A stretch of DNA of 32,000 nt from Clostridiales bacterium (GCA_015055605.1 SVHV01000002.1:156677-188676), one strand, 5' to 3'. Positions 17,718-27,247 are shown, numbered from the stretch's first letter. Translations and numbers: made by a program. Notes: generated from the letters alone by a model not told the origin.

Positions 17718-18546
17718 AGAGGTAGTGTAGGACTGTTGAATTGATGATTAAGAAACTAGATAAGATTAGTAGGTAATATCCAAAGTATGATAGGGTATTA
17801 CTACGAGAAAATATACTAACCCATCTAATGCTAAGTAGTCCTACTAAAAAACATACTACAAAGGCAATAATCAGTGCGATAATATTAATGTCTTCTAAGT
17901 TCCATTCAAAGATAATAGAGTATATTAAACTTAGTATTATTATGGGTATAGACATTAGGAATGAGTATTTGGCTTTGTCGCATTTTACATCTAATATACT
18001 AGCGACTGCAATAGTGCTACCACTCCTGCTAATACCGGGTATAACAGCTATAGCTTGTGTTAGCCCTAGTATGATAGCGTTGCGATATGATATGTCTATA
18101 TCTAGAATATCGCTTTTTGCAAAATGTGTGGTATTTGCAACATTGTTTTTTGTTCTTGACAAAATATATCTTCTTTCTGACAAATAGTCACTAAAGAACA
18201 AAAGAAGTGCAGTGACTATAAAAAAGATAAATAGCAGTCTGGTGTCAAACAACTTATCTACAAGAGGCTTGCAAACTAATACAATAATGCTAGTTGTAAT
18301 AGTGGTGGTTAGGAGTTTTTTATTAGTCTTGCAGAAGGGGTGCTCTATAAGGGGTATGATGTCTTTTCGGTAATACACTATGACTGAGAGTAGGGTTGCT
18401 AGATGGAAAATAATACTAAGCAGTATGGTATTATCTTCTATGCTAAAGAGAGTGTATAGTAGGCTTAGATGGCCACTACTGCTAATAGGTAAAAATTCGG
18501 TTAGTCCTTGTACGATTGCTAAGATTAGCAGTGTTATTAGTGGCAC
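17716..18546 (-). CDS. uppP: Undecaprenyl-diphosphate phosphatase (BacA/UppP)
   Basis: GTG start with RBS AAGGAG 9 nt upstream. Signature motifs EFLPISSSGHL and PGISRSGSTI. About eight TM segments. Confidence 0.92.
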   Translation of the reverse strand: MPLITLLILAIVQGLTEFLPISSSGHLSLLYTLFSIEDNTILLSIIFHLATLLSVIVYYRKDIIPLIEHPFCKTNKKLLTTTITTSIIVLVCKPLVDKLFDTRLLFIFFIVTALLLFFSDYLSERRYILSRTKNNVANTTHFAKSDILDIDISYRNAIILGLTQAIAVIPGISRSGSTIAVASILDVKCDKAKYSFLMSIPIIILSLIYSIIFEWNLEDINIIALIIAFVVCFLVGLLSIRWVSIFSRSNTLSYFGYYLLILSSFLIINSTVLHYL

Positions 18547-18801
18547 GAGCAGACACTCCTTTATTTATTTTTTTTTAGTATTTGTTATTAATATGTTATG
18601 AGGAGAAATTGCCTTTTATTACAAAACAGTAGGTGGTAGGGGTGTAATATATAATATTTACTCAAATTAAATATAGTGAAAAAATACTACCAAAAATAAT
18701 TTTAATATGCTAGAATATGAGAGTAAAATTTTTTTGATGAGATATGTTGATGCTGTAATATGGTATATGAAGTATCTCGAAATGTAAAAGAGAGGAATGA
18801 T

Positions 18802-19896
18802 ATGAAAGTCGGAATAGTTGGTCTTCCTAATGTAGGAAAGAGTACACTTTTTAATGCTGTTACAAAAAAGAAGATACCTAGTGAGAATTATCCATTTTGT
18901 ACTATTGAGCCTAATGTGGCTATAGTACCAGTTCCAGATAGCAGACTAGATGTTTTGGGTAAGATGTATAATACTAGAAAGATTACTCCAGCAATACTAG
19001 AGGTTGTGGATATTGCAGGTTTAGTTAAAGGTGCATCTAAGGGAGAGGGATTAGGAAATAAGTTCCTTAGCCATATCAGAGAAGTAGACGCTATTATCCA
19101 TGTGGTTAGATGTTTTGAGAATTCTAAGATTATCCATGTAGAGGGTAATATTGACCCTATTAGAGATGTAGAAGAGATTAATCTAGAACTTATCCTTAGT
19201 GACCTCGAGACTGTTACAAAAAGACTAGAGAAGTCTGTAAAAGCTCTTAGGAATGGAGATAAGAAACTTGCTGCAGAGTGTGAACTTCTTGCTAAGTTAA
19301 AAGATATTCTAGAGGCAGAGAAACCTGTTAGAAGTTATCCTGCAAATGATGATGAAAAAGAATTAATCAGAGGTTTCTTCTTAATCACAAGTAAACCAGT
19401 TATTTATTGTGCGAATGTTAGTGAGATGTCTTCTCAAGGAGATGAGGAAAAAGAGAATATTGCTAAACTAAAAGATATGGCTAGCAAAGAGAATGCTCAG
19501 GTAATCGTTGTTTGTGCAAAGATGGAAGAAGAACTTTGTGAACTAGATGACGAAGAAAAAGAAATGTTCAAAGAGGAACTAGGTATAGATAGTTTTGGTC
19601 TAGACCAGTTAGTTGTGGCTGGATATGAGACTTTGGGTCTTATTAGTTATCTAACAGCAGGGGAGCAAGAGGTTAGAGCATGGACTATTACTAAGGGCAC
19701 AAAAGCTCCTCAAGCAGCAGGTAAAATTCATACAGACTTTGAGAAAGGCTTTATCAAGGCAGAGGTTGTAGATTACTCAGTGCTAACCGAATTAGGTAGT
19801 TATACTCTTGCTAAAGAAAAGGGTTTAGTTAGATTAGAGGGCAAGGAGTATGTTGTAAAAGACGGCGACATAATGCTCTTTAGATTTAATGTATAG
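18802..19896 (+). CDS. ychF: Ribosome-binding ATPase YchF
   Basis: Start set at ATG 18802 (RBS GAGAGGAA), giving MKVGIVGLPNVGKSTLFNA. Motifs DIAGLVKGAS and a C-terminal TGS-like domain RAWTITKGTKAPQAAGKIHTDFEKGFI. 364 aa. Confidence 0.95.
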   Translation: MKVGIVGLPNVGKSTLFNAVTKKKIPSENYPFCTIEPNVAIVPVPDSRLDVLGKMYNTRKITPAILEVVDIAGLVKGASKGEGLGNKFLSHIREVDAIIHVVRCFENSKIIHVEGNIDPIRDVEEINLELILSDLETVTKRLEKSVKALRNGDKKLAAECELLAKLKDILEAEKPVRSYPANDDEKELIRGFFLITSKPVIYCANVSEMSSQGDEEKENIAKLKDMASKENAQVIVVCAKMEEELCELDDEEKEMFKEELGIDSFGLDQLVVAGYETLGLISYLTAGEQEVRAWTITKGTKAPQAAGKIHTDFEKGFIKAEVVDYSVLTELGSYTLAKEKGLVRLEGKEYVVKDGDIMLFRFNV

Positions 19897-19969
19897 AGAA
19901 TGTAATGAGGCATAGTATTTATGCCTTATTATTTTAAATGAAACAAAATTAAGGATTAGGGGATATATT

Positions 19970-20671
19970 ATGGAGAAAAAGAACTCTAAGGGAAGTATAA
20001 AAAAGATGTCTGCTAAGAGTGAAGAAGTTACAGAAAAACTCGAGAAACTCACAGGTATTAATCTAAGAGAAGAGGATACTATTGCAGAGGAAAAACCTGC
20101 AGAAAATAGTGAGACTACTACTCAAAACGCTACCGAGCAACCATCTACTTTGCAGGATATAAAAGATGTAGATTTGGGCGAAGATAATGCTATGAAACCA
20201 CTATTATTTAAGTGTCCTAATGATATATACCATTCAATCAGAAAAGATAGTGGTGAGACTATTGTTGACGAGTCTTGTTGTACAGTCCTTAGTATTATGG
20301 TGAAAAATACGGGCGAGATTGCTACTAATTTTTCGGGCTCTCATAATCCCGACCTAGTCAAAGTCCTTAGTAAAGCAGTAAAGAAGTATATGAGAGAACT
20401 AAGGAGAAAACTTAGGAGTGATTATAAGATTGCTAGAGAGGAATTAAAACTCAAAGACGAGGATATCCCTGAGGATATGAAGTTTGATGCTACTAAAGAA
20501 GTACAGACCGAAAGACCATGGAATAAGGTTGAGGAAGGCAAAGAGGATAAAACTCAGGAAGAAAAGCCTAATACCTCAGAGGTAGGAGAAGATTCTGCTA
20601 CAATAAAGAAAACACCTGCACCAAAGAAAAAAACTAGTGCAAAGACTAGCACTACTTCAAAGAAAAAATAA
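19970..20671 (+). CDS. Hypothetical protein: acidic N-terminus, small Cys-containing core, K/T/S-rich basic tail
   Basis: 233-aa ORF with RBS-like AAGGATTAGGGGA upstream. No recognisable family. The C-terminus is IKKTPAPKKKTSAKTSTTSKKK. Confidence 0.6.
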   Translation: MEKKNSKGSIKKMSAKSEEVTEKLEKLTGINLREEDTIAEEKPAENSETTTQNATEQPSTLQDIKDVDLGEDNAMKPLLFKCPNDIYHSIRKDSGETIVDESCCTVLSIMVKNTGEIATNFSGSHNPDLVKVLSKAVKKYMRELRRKLRSDYKIAREELKLKDEDIPEDMKFDATKEVQTERPWNKVEEGKEDKTQEEKPNTSEVGEDSATIKKTPAPKKKTSAKTSTTSKKK

Positions 20672-20771
20672 GTAATCATTCTGTACTTATATATACATAT
20701 ATATTATATAGAGTAATATTCTTTTAATAAGAAACTACAGAATTATTCGTTACTTCTTTTTCATAAGAAAT

Positions 20772-20806
20772 AAAAAAAGACTTCAAATTATCTGAAGTCT
20801 TTTTTG
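20772..20806. terminator. Bidirectional terminator between convergent genes
   Basis: AGACTTCA (20778-20785) pairs with TGAAGTCT (20793-20800). A7 lies upstream and T5 downstream. Confidence 0.8.
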
Positions 20807-20824
20807 TTGGTTTTTATAAAGATA

Positions 20825-21922
20825 TTAGTCTTTGTTAACTCTGATTAATCTTCTTCTGAATAACCATGGGATTTGGAATTGAGCACCACATAGTGAGCCA
20901 ATCATAACAGGTATTATTGTTAGAGCACAAGCTGCTAATATTACTACGCCTAAGATACCAGCAACATATACTGCTATCTCAGCTGTGCCTGTTACATTCT
21001 TTAGTAGGAAGAATGGTAAAATCAATAATGTACCGATAACCTCAGCAATATTGATATCCAAACCCTCGTTTACATGGATTCTAACGAATCTATTATTTCT
21101 CTTTATTAAAAGTGGGATGAAGAATAGGATATATGCTAACCATGCAATACCTCTACCAGCTTTGATTTCTTCTGGTGTAAGGTCTACATAGTCTGCCCTT
21201 CTTCTAGGTTCTGCTTTTTCTTTTTTACTTCTTTTTTCTTTTTTCTCAGTTACTTGAACTTGTGTTTCTTCCATATTTCCTCCATAGTTATTGATATTAA
21301 TAGCTGTTCCTTGATTGTATGCTCCAGCATTTTCTGGATTGAATGTGCTATTGTCTGTAGGATTAAATGTACTATTATCTGTTGCCACAGGTGGCATTTC
21401 ATATTCATAATTATTAGTTTGTTGATATGTATCTGCAGTAATATAATCAAGTTCAGGAGCTTTTGGCTCGTCCAGTTTGATTTCTCTATATTCTTGTTCT
21501 GGAGCTCTAGCAGTTACTCTACTTAGTAGTCCGTCTGACTGCATAGCCTCTACTCTAGGTGGCTGGTTATATTCTTCTACATATCCTTCTGGTTGTTGCT
21601 CTTGATATGATGCATAACTGTTACTACTCATATCCCTAACATCTATGTACTCGTTATTGCTCATACTAGAGAATACAGAGTTGTCAGTAGGGGTGTATGC
21701 TGCAGTTAGAGAATCTTGAGCATATTGTTGTCTAAGTAGTGCTTGTTGTTTCTTCTCTTCGTTTATACGCTTTAGTTCATATAATTTTTCAATTACATGA
21801 GGGGCGATTGTTAGAGAATAGGTTGTATTGTCTACCGGTCTACCTGTTGCAGTATCTACTACTGTATAGTTACGGGTAGCTATAGGCAAATTCTTTAGCA
21901 CTATAGTCTGCTGTCCTTCCAT
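20825..21922 (-). CDS. Membrane protein: soluble N-domain, Q/N/Y-rich linker and a DUF4870-like C-terminal TM domain
   Basis: The C-terminal GIAWLAYILFFIPLLIKRNNRFVRIHVNEGL resembles the DUF4870 pattern (..PLL....F.RFHANQGL). The N-terminal ~215 aa are low-complexity and include TDNSTFNP twice. Confidence 0.55.
   Translation of the reverse strand: MEGQQTIVLKNLPIATRNYTVVDTATGRPVDNTTYSLTIAPHVIEKLYELKRINEEKKQQALLRQQYAQDSLTAAYTPTDNSVFSSMSNNEYIDVRDMSSNSYASYQEQQPEGYVEEYNQPPRVEAMQSDGLLSRVTARAPEQEYREIKLDEPKAPELDYITADTYQQTNNYEYEMPPVATDNSTFNPTDNSTFNPENAGAYNQGTAININNYGGNMEETQVQVTEKKEKRSKKEKAEPRRRADYVDLTPEEIKAGRGIAWLAYILFFIPLLIKRNNRFVRIHVNEGLDINIAEVIGTLLILPFFLLKNVTGTAEIAVYVAGILGVVILAACALTIIPVMIGSLCGAQFQIPWLFRRRLIRVNKD
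21336..21383 (-). repeat. 24-nt imperfect tandem duplication (encodes TDNSTFNP x2)
   Basis: GGATTGAATGTGCTATTGTCTGTA followed by GGATTAAATGTACTATTATCTGTT. The two copies differ at 4 of 24 positions. Confidence 0.9.
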
Positions 21923-21989
21923 CTTATGTCCTTTTCCATTTTTTCGTTTTATATTACTGATAAATTAATTTTTGCAAAATATTGCAATA

Positions 21990-22688
21990 TTATTCTGTTG
22001 CCTCACCAGTTTCGCCACCAGTCTCACCACCGGTCTCTCCACCAGCCTCTTCAGTTGTTTCATCATCTAATTCACTAACGATTTTGTCAACGATACCTTG
22101 AACTTTTTCTGCAGTTAAGTTCTCGTCAACGAATTCGTCAACATATTTGTATGCAAAACTTGCAACTTTAGTTTGGTCTAATTTTTCTGTAACAACTTTA
22201 CCTAGTCCAGGAACCTCTGAAACTAAACTAGCAACTGCTACTAAACCAACTGAAACGATTAAGCCTTTGATTGTACCAAATAACATACCTAATACTCTGT
22301 TGATACCAGATAGTCTTGGGTGATTCTCTGTAACAGACTCAAAGATTTTTGCTAAGATAAAGATTGCTAACTTAACAATTAAGAAAATAACTACTACAGT
22401 TACAACCCATACGCAGAATTTAGCAACCTCAAGATTACTAAAGTCTCCGCCGAAGAATTTAACAGTACCTTCTGCGCCTCCCTCTAGTTTACCTAGAACG
22501 AAAGTCTCTAAGTTAAATATTCTGTTTACGAAGTTTGATAAAAATTTAGCACCAAATACGCCAGCAACAGCTGCGATAGCAGTACCAAATAAGCCTAGTA
22601 CGGAGTCAATTAAGCCTTTAACAATTCCGATGATTGCAGAAACAATGATAATAGCGATTAATACTCCATCAATAATGTATCCCCACAT
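21990..22688 (-). CDS. cvpA: CvpA-family membrane protein with a GGET-repeat acidic tail
   Basis: RBS AGGGAGAA. The N-terminus MWGYIIDGVLIAIIIVSAIIGIVKGLIDSVLGLFGTAIA is typical of CvpA/colicin V production proteins. Four TM segments. The tail is GGETGGETGGETGEATE. Confidence 0.7.
   Translation of the reverse strand: MWGYIIDGVLIAIIIVSAIIGIVKGLIDSVLGLFGTAIAAVAGVFGAKFLSNFVNRIFNLETFVLGKLEGGAEGTVKFFGGDFSNLEVAKFCVWVVTVVVIFLIVKLAIFILAKIFESVTENHPRLSGINRVLGMLFGTIKGLIVSVGLVAVASLVSEVPGLGKVVTEKLDQTKVASFAYKYVDEFVDENLTAEKVQGIVDKIVSELDDETTEEAGGETGGETGGETGEATE
22005..22052 (-). repeat. 12-nt tandem repeat x4 (GGET units) at the 3' end of cvpA
   Basis: ACCAGTTTCGCC / ACCAGTCTCACC / ACCGGTCTCTCC / ACCAGCCTCTTC. 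Confidence 0.9.
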
Positions 22689-22966
22689 AATAATTCTCCC
22701 TTTGTGTATTTTATATATTGCATTATATACTTAATAATATCAAAAAAAAATTTTTTTGTCACTATTTGTAATATACATTTTTTATAATTTTAAGGTTATT
22801 AATATACTATATATTCACTTTTGATACATAAAAATCAAATTTTTTAATAACTACTTTTAATTATAGACTATTTTGCCCATACTTAAATTATGTAATTTAA
22901 AGATAATTTGTGAGGGGTGAGATGGGTCTTTAATATTAGACTTTTACCCTAAAAGGAGTGGTAGGT

Positions 22967-23479
22967 GTGGAAAAGTTTCTAGTAGGTTCGGTGGATATAA
23001 AGAGTTTAGCATACCAGATTTATCATCATCTTGATAAGTCGAGGACTCCTGTCTTTGTTTGTGTGGGTAGTGACAAGTTTGTTTGTGATAGCCTTGCTCC
23101 TATTGTGGCTGAGTATCTAAAAGAAAAGTATAATATTCGAGCATTTGTTTACGGAGGATTAGACTACAATATCACAGCTAAAAATCTAACAATGGCTCTT
23201 AACTATATCACTACTCAGCATGAGGGGTGTCAGTTGGTAGTGGTAGATGCATCTCTAGGAGAATTATTGGGTGAAATCAAGGTGGTGAGAGAGTGTTATC
23301 CTGCACTGGGTGGCACCCTTCCACTATGTGGTGTTGGAGATTTTTCAATATTGGGTGTTGTGGGTAAAAATGGTGCAGATTTTAATCTAAATTCGACCAG
23401 ACTCAGAGTTGTCGTTGAGATGGCAAAAATTATCTCAAAAGCAATCGCTATGGCCATGTCGGTTTTTCCCCAATTATAG
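22967..23479 (+). CDS. yyaC: YyaC-like protein (DUF1256, GPR-protease-related, sporulation-associated family)
   Basis: VFVCVGSDKFVCDSLAPIVA resembles the YyaC signature (.C.GTDRSTGD.LGPLVG), and the size (~170 aa) fits. Start set at GTG 22967, 8 nt after RBS AAGGAG. The track start at 22958 overlaps that RBS. Confidence 0.6.
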   Translation: MEKFLVGSVDIKSLAYQIYHHLDKSRTPVFVCVGSDKFVCDSLAPIVAEYLKEKYNIRAFVYGGLDYNITAKNLTMALNYITTQHEGCQLVVVDASLGELLGEIKVVRECYPALGGTLPLCGVGDFSILGVVGKNGADFNLNSTRLRVVVEMAKIISKAIAMAMSVFPQL

Positions 23480-23692
23480 CCATTATTTGTCATATAAATT
23501 TCTGAAATAATAAATAAAAATTTGGTAAAAATACTAGTGGAATTTTTTAAATTTTTTAGTGTGAAAATTTGTGCCTTTTTGAGGTGTGTAAAAGAGGAAT
23601 TGTTTATCTGCTTTAATTAACAAAATATACTCTTAAAAACTTGAGATTTATGAGGTTTTACCATTATTTTACAATAAATCACCCTAAATAAC

Positions 23693-23722
23693 TTGTAAAA
23701 ACTGCAACAAATGTGTTATAGT
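23693..23722 (+). promoter_or_regulatory. Sigma-A-type promoter of ftsH
   Basis: TTGTAA (23693-23698), 18-nt spacer, TGtTATAGT with an extended -10 (23714-23722). The leader is ~120 nt. Confidence 0.5.
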
Positions 23723-23845
23723 ATATTTGCTTTTATTAGTAAAATATATAATATAGCAAATTAATAGAGGCAAAACACGATATTTTTGGGTTGAAATAGA
23801 CACAAAATTTAGAGTGTTTAGTTATTAAAAATCGGAGATGAAGAA

Positions 23846-26302
23846 GTGGTTAAAAAGAAAGGTGGCAAACTAAAAAAGTTTGGTATAATTTTAGCGTTTA
23901 TTGTTATTTTCTCTATGATGTTTTATCTAGCAAATAGAGGAAATGCAGGAACTTATATTACTTACTCACAGGCTAAAGACATTGTGCTTAATGGTGCTTA
24001 TGTTACTGAGGCTGTAGAGAATGACGAGGTTGTAAACAAGACTGTTGAAACTGGTTATGCAGTGAAAGTTTATGTTGAGGGTGGTGTAGGCTACATTAGA
24101 GTAGCAGACTCTCAATTAGGTAATGCTGCATTCCCAAAATATGCAGACTTCCATTTCACTTATAACAATTCTACTGAGGACCTTAAGTTTATTGAGCATT
24201 TCAATAATATGGTAGAGTTCGCTAAAAATAGTGAAGATATCGTCAATGCAACTTATGAGATTGATGGCAATGCTTATAGTATCGCTAAATACAAAGAAGT
24301 AGACAAGATTGAGTACACTAAAGCTAATCCTACTACTAGTTTCTTAGAGACAGTAGTTCCATATCTTATCATGGTTGTAGTTGTTACTATGGTTGGCTTT
24401 ATACTTATTAAACTATTCTCTGGTAAGGGTGGTGGCGCTAATGCTTTCACAAAGAACAGGGCTAGAATGGTTGAGAAGTGTACTATCAAGTTTAGTGATA
24501 TTGCTGGTGCAGAAGAAGAGAAAGAAGAAACTAAAGAAATCGTAGAGTTCTTAAGAGACCCTGCTAAGTTTAAGGCATTAGGAGCTAGAATTCCTAAAGG
24601 AATTTTGCTTGTAGGTAATCCTGGTACAGGTAAAACACTCCTTGCAAAAGCTGTTGCTGGAGAGAGTAATGTTCCATTCTTTAGCATTAGTGGTAGTGAC
24701 TTTGTAGAATTGTATGTTGGTGTTGGTGCTAGCAGAGTTAGAGATTTATTTGAAACTGCTAAAAAGAATGCTCCATGTATAATCTTTATAGATGAGATTG
24801 ACGCTGTTGGTAGACAGAGAGGAGCAGGTCTTGGTGGTGGTAATGACGAGAGAGAGCAAACACTTAACCAGTTACTTGTAGAAATGGACGGATTTGATGG
24901 TAATCAAGGTATCATTATCCTTGCTGCTACAAATAGAGCAGATGTCCTAGACCCTGCACTACTTAGACCGGGTAGATTTGATAGACAAATCTATGTTAAT
25001 GTGCCTGATGTTAGAGGTAGAGAGGGTATTATCAAAATTCATGCAAAGAATAAACCTATCGAAGATGGTGTTGACTTTAAAAATATCGCAAGACTTACTA
25101 GTGGATTTACAGGTGCTGATATTGAGAACTTCTTAAATGAAGCAGCAATTTTAGCAGCTAGAGATGGCAGACTTACTATCACAATGGAAGATATCACAGA
25201 GGGTATCAATAAGGTAATTATGGGACCTCAGAAGAAGAGTAGGTTAGTTACCGAAAAAGACAAAAAATTAACAGCATATCACGAGAGTGGTCATGCAATT
25301 ATCGCTAAGTTTATGGATTGTGGTGACACAGTTCATGAGGTATCTATTATTCCTAGAGGAATGGCTGGTGGATACACAAATATCAGACCTAGTGATGATG
25401 ATAGTCATTATAGTTTAAACAAATTAAATAATAGAATCTGTATGATGATGGGTGGCAGAATCGCAGAAGAAATAGTATTTGGCGACATCACTGCAGGTGC
25501 TAGTAGTGATATCCAGAGGGCAACCGAACTTGCTAGAAAGATGGTTGTTGAATGGGGTATGAGTGAGAAACTTGGATTCATGAGTTTCGGCAAAAATAAC
25601 GAAGTATTTATCGGTAGAGATTATCAAGTTCAGAATCAATATAGTGAGGCAACTGCTAAGATTATTGATGAAGAAATCAAGAGAATTATCGATAATAACT
25701 ATAAGAGAGCAAAAGACTTGCTAGAGAGCAAGAGAGAACTACTTGATAATATGTCAAACTTGCTTCTAGAAGAAGAAACTATCTATGAGGAAGAGGTTGA
25801 CGAACTTATCGCTGGTAAAGATAGCACTGAGATTATTGCTAGACTTCATGCTAGAGAAGAGCAGAGAAGAGCTAAAGAAGAGGCTATTAGAAAAGAGCAA
25901 GAGTTAATCAAACTTGAGATGGCTCAAGAATTAAAAATTAGATCGGCAGAAGCACTACATGCACAAGGTGTCTTAGGTGATGATATGCTAGAGAGACTCA
26001 AGGCTGAGGCTGCTGAGATTCTTAAAGAAAAAGAGAAACTCCTAAACGAGAAAAATGAACAATTAAAGGCTGAAGAAAAAGCATCTGAAGAGTCTGAGTC
26101 TAAGGACGACAAGGCAGAAGACGATACAACTACTGCTACAGACACAGAGGAAAAGACTGCTCCTAAGAAGAAGGTTAATACCCAAACTAAGAAGCCTGCA
26201 AAGAAATTTGTAAAAGAAGAAACAAAAGATACAAAAACAAAGAAAACAAGCACTAAATCAAAGACAACAAAGAAACAATCTGAAGACAAGAAAGATAAGT
26301 AA
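23846..26302 (+). CDS. ftsH: ATP-dependent zinc metalloprotease FtsH (enlarged ectodomain, long C-terminal extension)
   Basis: GTG start with RBS GGAGA 7 nt upstream. Walker [14 protein letters not shown], Walker [33 protein letters not shown], zinc site HESGHAI. TM1 spans about residues 12-29 and TM2 about 169-191. Confidence 0.96.
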   Translation: MVKKKGGKLKKFGIILAFIVIFSMMFYLANRGNAGTYITYSQAKDIVLNGAYVTEAVENDEVVNKTVETGYAVKVYVEGGVGYIRVADSQLGNAAFPKYADFHFTYNNSTEDLKFIEHFNNMVEFAKNSEDIVNATYEIDGNAYSIAKYKEVDKIEYTKANPTTSFLETVVPYLIMVVVVTMVGFILIKLFSGKGGGANAFTKNRARMVEKCTIKFSDIAGAEEEKEETKEIVEFLRDPAKFKALGARIPKGILLVGNPGTGKTLLAKAVAGESNVPFFSISGSDFVELYVGVGASRVRDLFETAKKNAPCIIFIDEIDAVGRQRGAGLGGGNDEREQTLNQLLVEMDGFDGNQGIIILAATNRADVLDPALLRPGRFDRQIYVNVPDVRGREGIIKIHAKNKPIEDGVDFKNIARLTSGFTGADIENFLNEAAILAARDGRLTITMEDITEGINKVIMGPQKKSRLVTEKDKKLTAYHESGHAIIAKFMDCGDTVHEVSIIPRGMAGGYTNIRPSDDDSHYSLNKLNNRICMMMGGRIAEEIVFGDITAGASSDIQRATELARKMVVEWGMSEKLGFMSFGKNNEVFIGRDYQVQNQYSEATAKIIDEEIKRIIDNNYKRAKDLLESKRELLDNMSNLLLEEETIYEEEVDELIAGKDSTEIIARLHAREEQRRAKEEAIRKEQELIKLEMAQELKIRSAEALHAQGVLGDDMLERLKAEAAEILKEKEKLLNEKNEQLKAEEKASEESESKDDKAEDDTTTATDTEEKTAPKKKVNTQTKKPAKKFVKEETKDTKTKKTSTKSKTTKKQSEDKKDK

Positions 26303-26367
26303 TTTGTTTGACTATTTAGAGAAAATATTGTATCCTACAAAAAAATTAAGAAAAGGGAATACTTGTA

Positions 26368-26991
26368 ATGAAAACTAAAAACCTAAAGAAAATTTTATCA
26401 ATATCAATTATTAGTCTAGTACTTGCACTAACTGCAGTAGTTATTGTTCTAGCAGTTGTTCCTAAGAAACACTACAATCCAGTAGACTATGATTATAGTT
26501 CAATTAGTGTATGGAGAGAGACTGTATCAAATCAATACTTAGTTAAAGATGGCGTTGTTGGTTCTGACGAATCTGACAAAGTTGTTAAAGACCTTATCGC
26601 TTTACATGAAAAATCACTTAAAGACAATGTTCTTAGTTCATTGTTTCAAGGTACTAGTTCATTTGAACCAAAGGTTACTCACTATAGTTACTCAAATGTA
26701 AAAACAGAGTTCCAAAAAGATGGCGTACTTAGTATCGTATTTAACTATGTAGACGAACAAAAACTTATCTTCAATGGCGAAGAGTATAAGAACACATCTG
26801 CTCAAGTATCTAAGTCAGTTACATTCTCTAGAGCAGTATTAGTTTTAACTAATTCTACTAGCTTTGAGAAAGCTACACTATATCTAACAGATGCTGATTT
26901 TGAGTCAGAGTGTCAAATCGAGTTCCTTGCACATCAATCAGACCTATACGAGTATATCGTTGGTCTAGATATCCCTATGAACAAGGCTTAA
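26368..26991 (+). CDS. Hypothetical N-terminally anchored extracytoplasmic protein
   Basis: A single N-terminal TM segment (ILSISIISLVLALTAVVIVLAVV) followed by ~170 aa of mixed sequence with no recognised family. It starts 65 nt after ftsH with no intervening terminator. Confidence 0.6.
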   Translation: MKTKNLKKILSISIISLVLALTAVVIVLAVVPKKHYNPVDYDYSSISVWRETVSNQYLVKDGVVGSDESDKVVKDLIALHEKSLKDNVLSSLFQGTSSFEPKVTHYSYSNVKTEFQKDGVLSIVFNYVDEQKLIFNGEEYKNTSAQVSKSVTFSRAVLVLTNSTSFEKATLYLTDADFESECQIEFLAHQSDLYEYIVGLDIPMNKA

Positions 26992-27009
26992 TATTTTAGA
27001 TTTATAAAT

Positions 27010-27059
27010 AAAAACTCTCTACTATTTTTCGAGGTCAATCCTCTAGTAGGGAGTTTTTT
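27010..27059 (+). terminator. Long-stem rho-independent terminator
   Basis: AACTCTCTACTA (27013-27024) pairs with TAGTAGGGAGTT (27044-27055), with one G-U pair. An inner GAGG/CCTC helix is present, followed by a T-run. Confidence 0.8.
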
Positions 27060-27105
27060 ATTGTTGTATTATGGCTATTAGTAGGAATAATTTAAAAAAT
27101 AATTG

Positions 27106-27134
27106 TTGACATTTGTTATTATATTATATATACT
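27106..27134 (+). promoter_or_regulatory. Sigma-A-type promoter of the rpmH operon
   Basis: Consensus TTGACA (27106-27111), 17-nt spacer, TATACT (27129-27134). The leader before rpmH is ~110 nt. Confidence 0.6.
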
Positions 27135-27247
27135 AAATAGGCTAGTATTTTTATAATACATAGATTTTGGAAAAGTTCTGTCTATTAAATATTTTTTAAG
27201 TAGATAGATTTTCATATTAATCAAAATAAAGTAAAGGGAGAATACTC

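Noticed and set aside
18760-18801. Upstream ATG or GTG extensions proposed by the ORF track for ychF (18760), the YhhN-family gene (16901), the SDR (9651), yyaC (22958) and the orphan gene (31135).
   Set aside because: In each case an internal start has a good RBS at proper spacing and restores the canonical family N-terminus (for example MKVGIVGLPNVGKS). The upstream starts overlap promoters or RBSs, or have no RBS.
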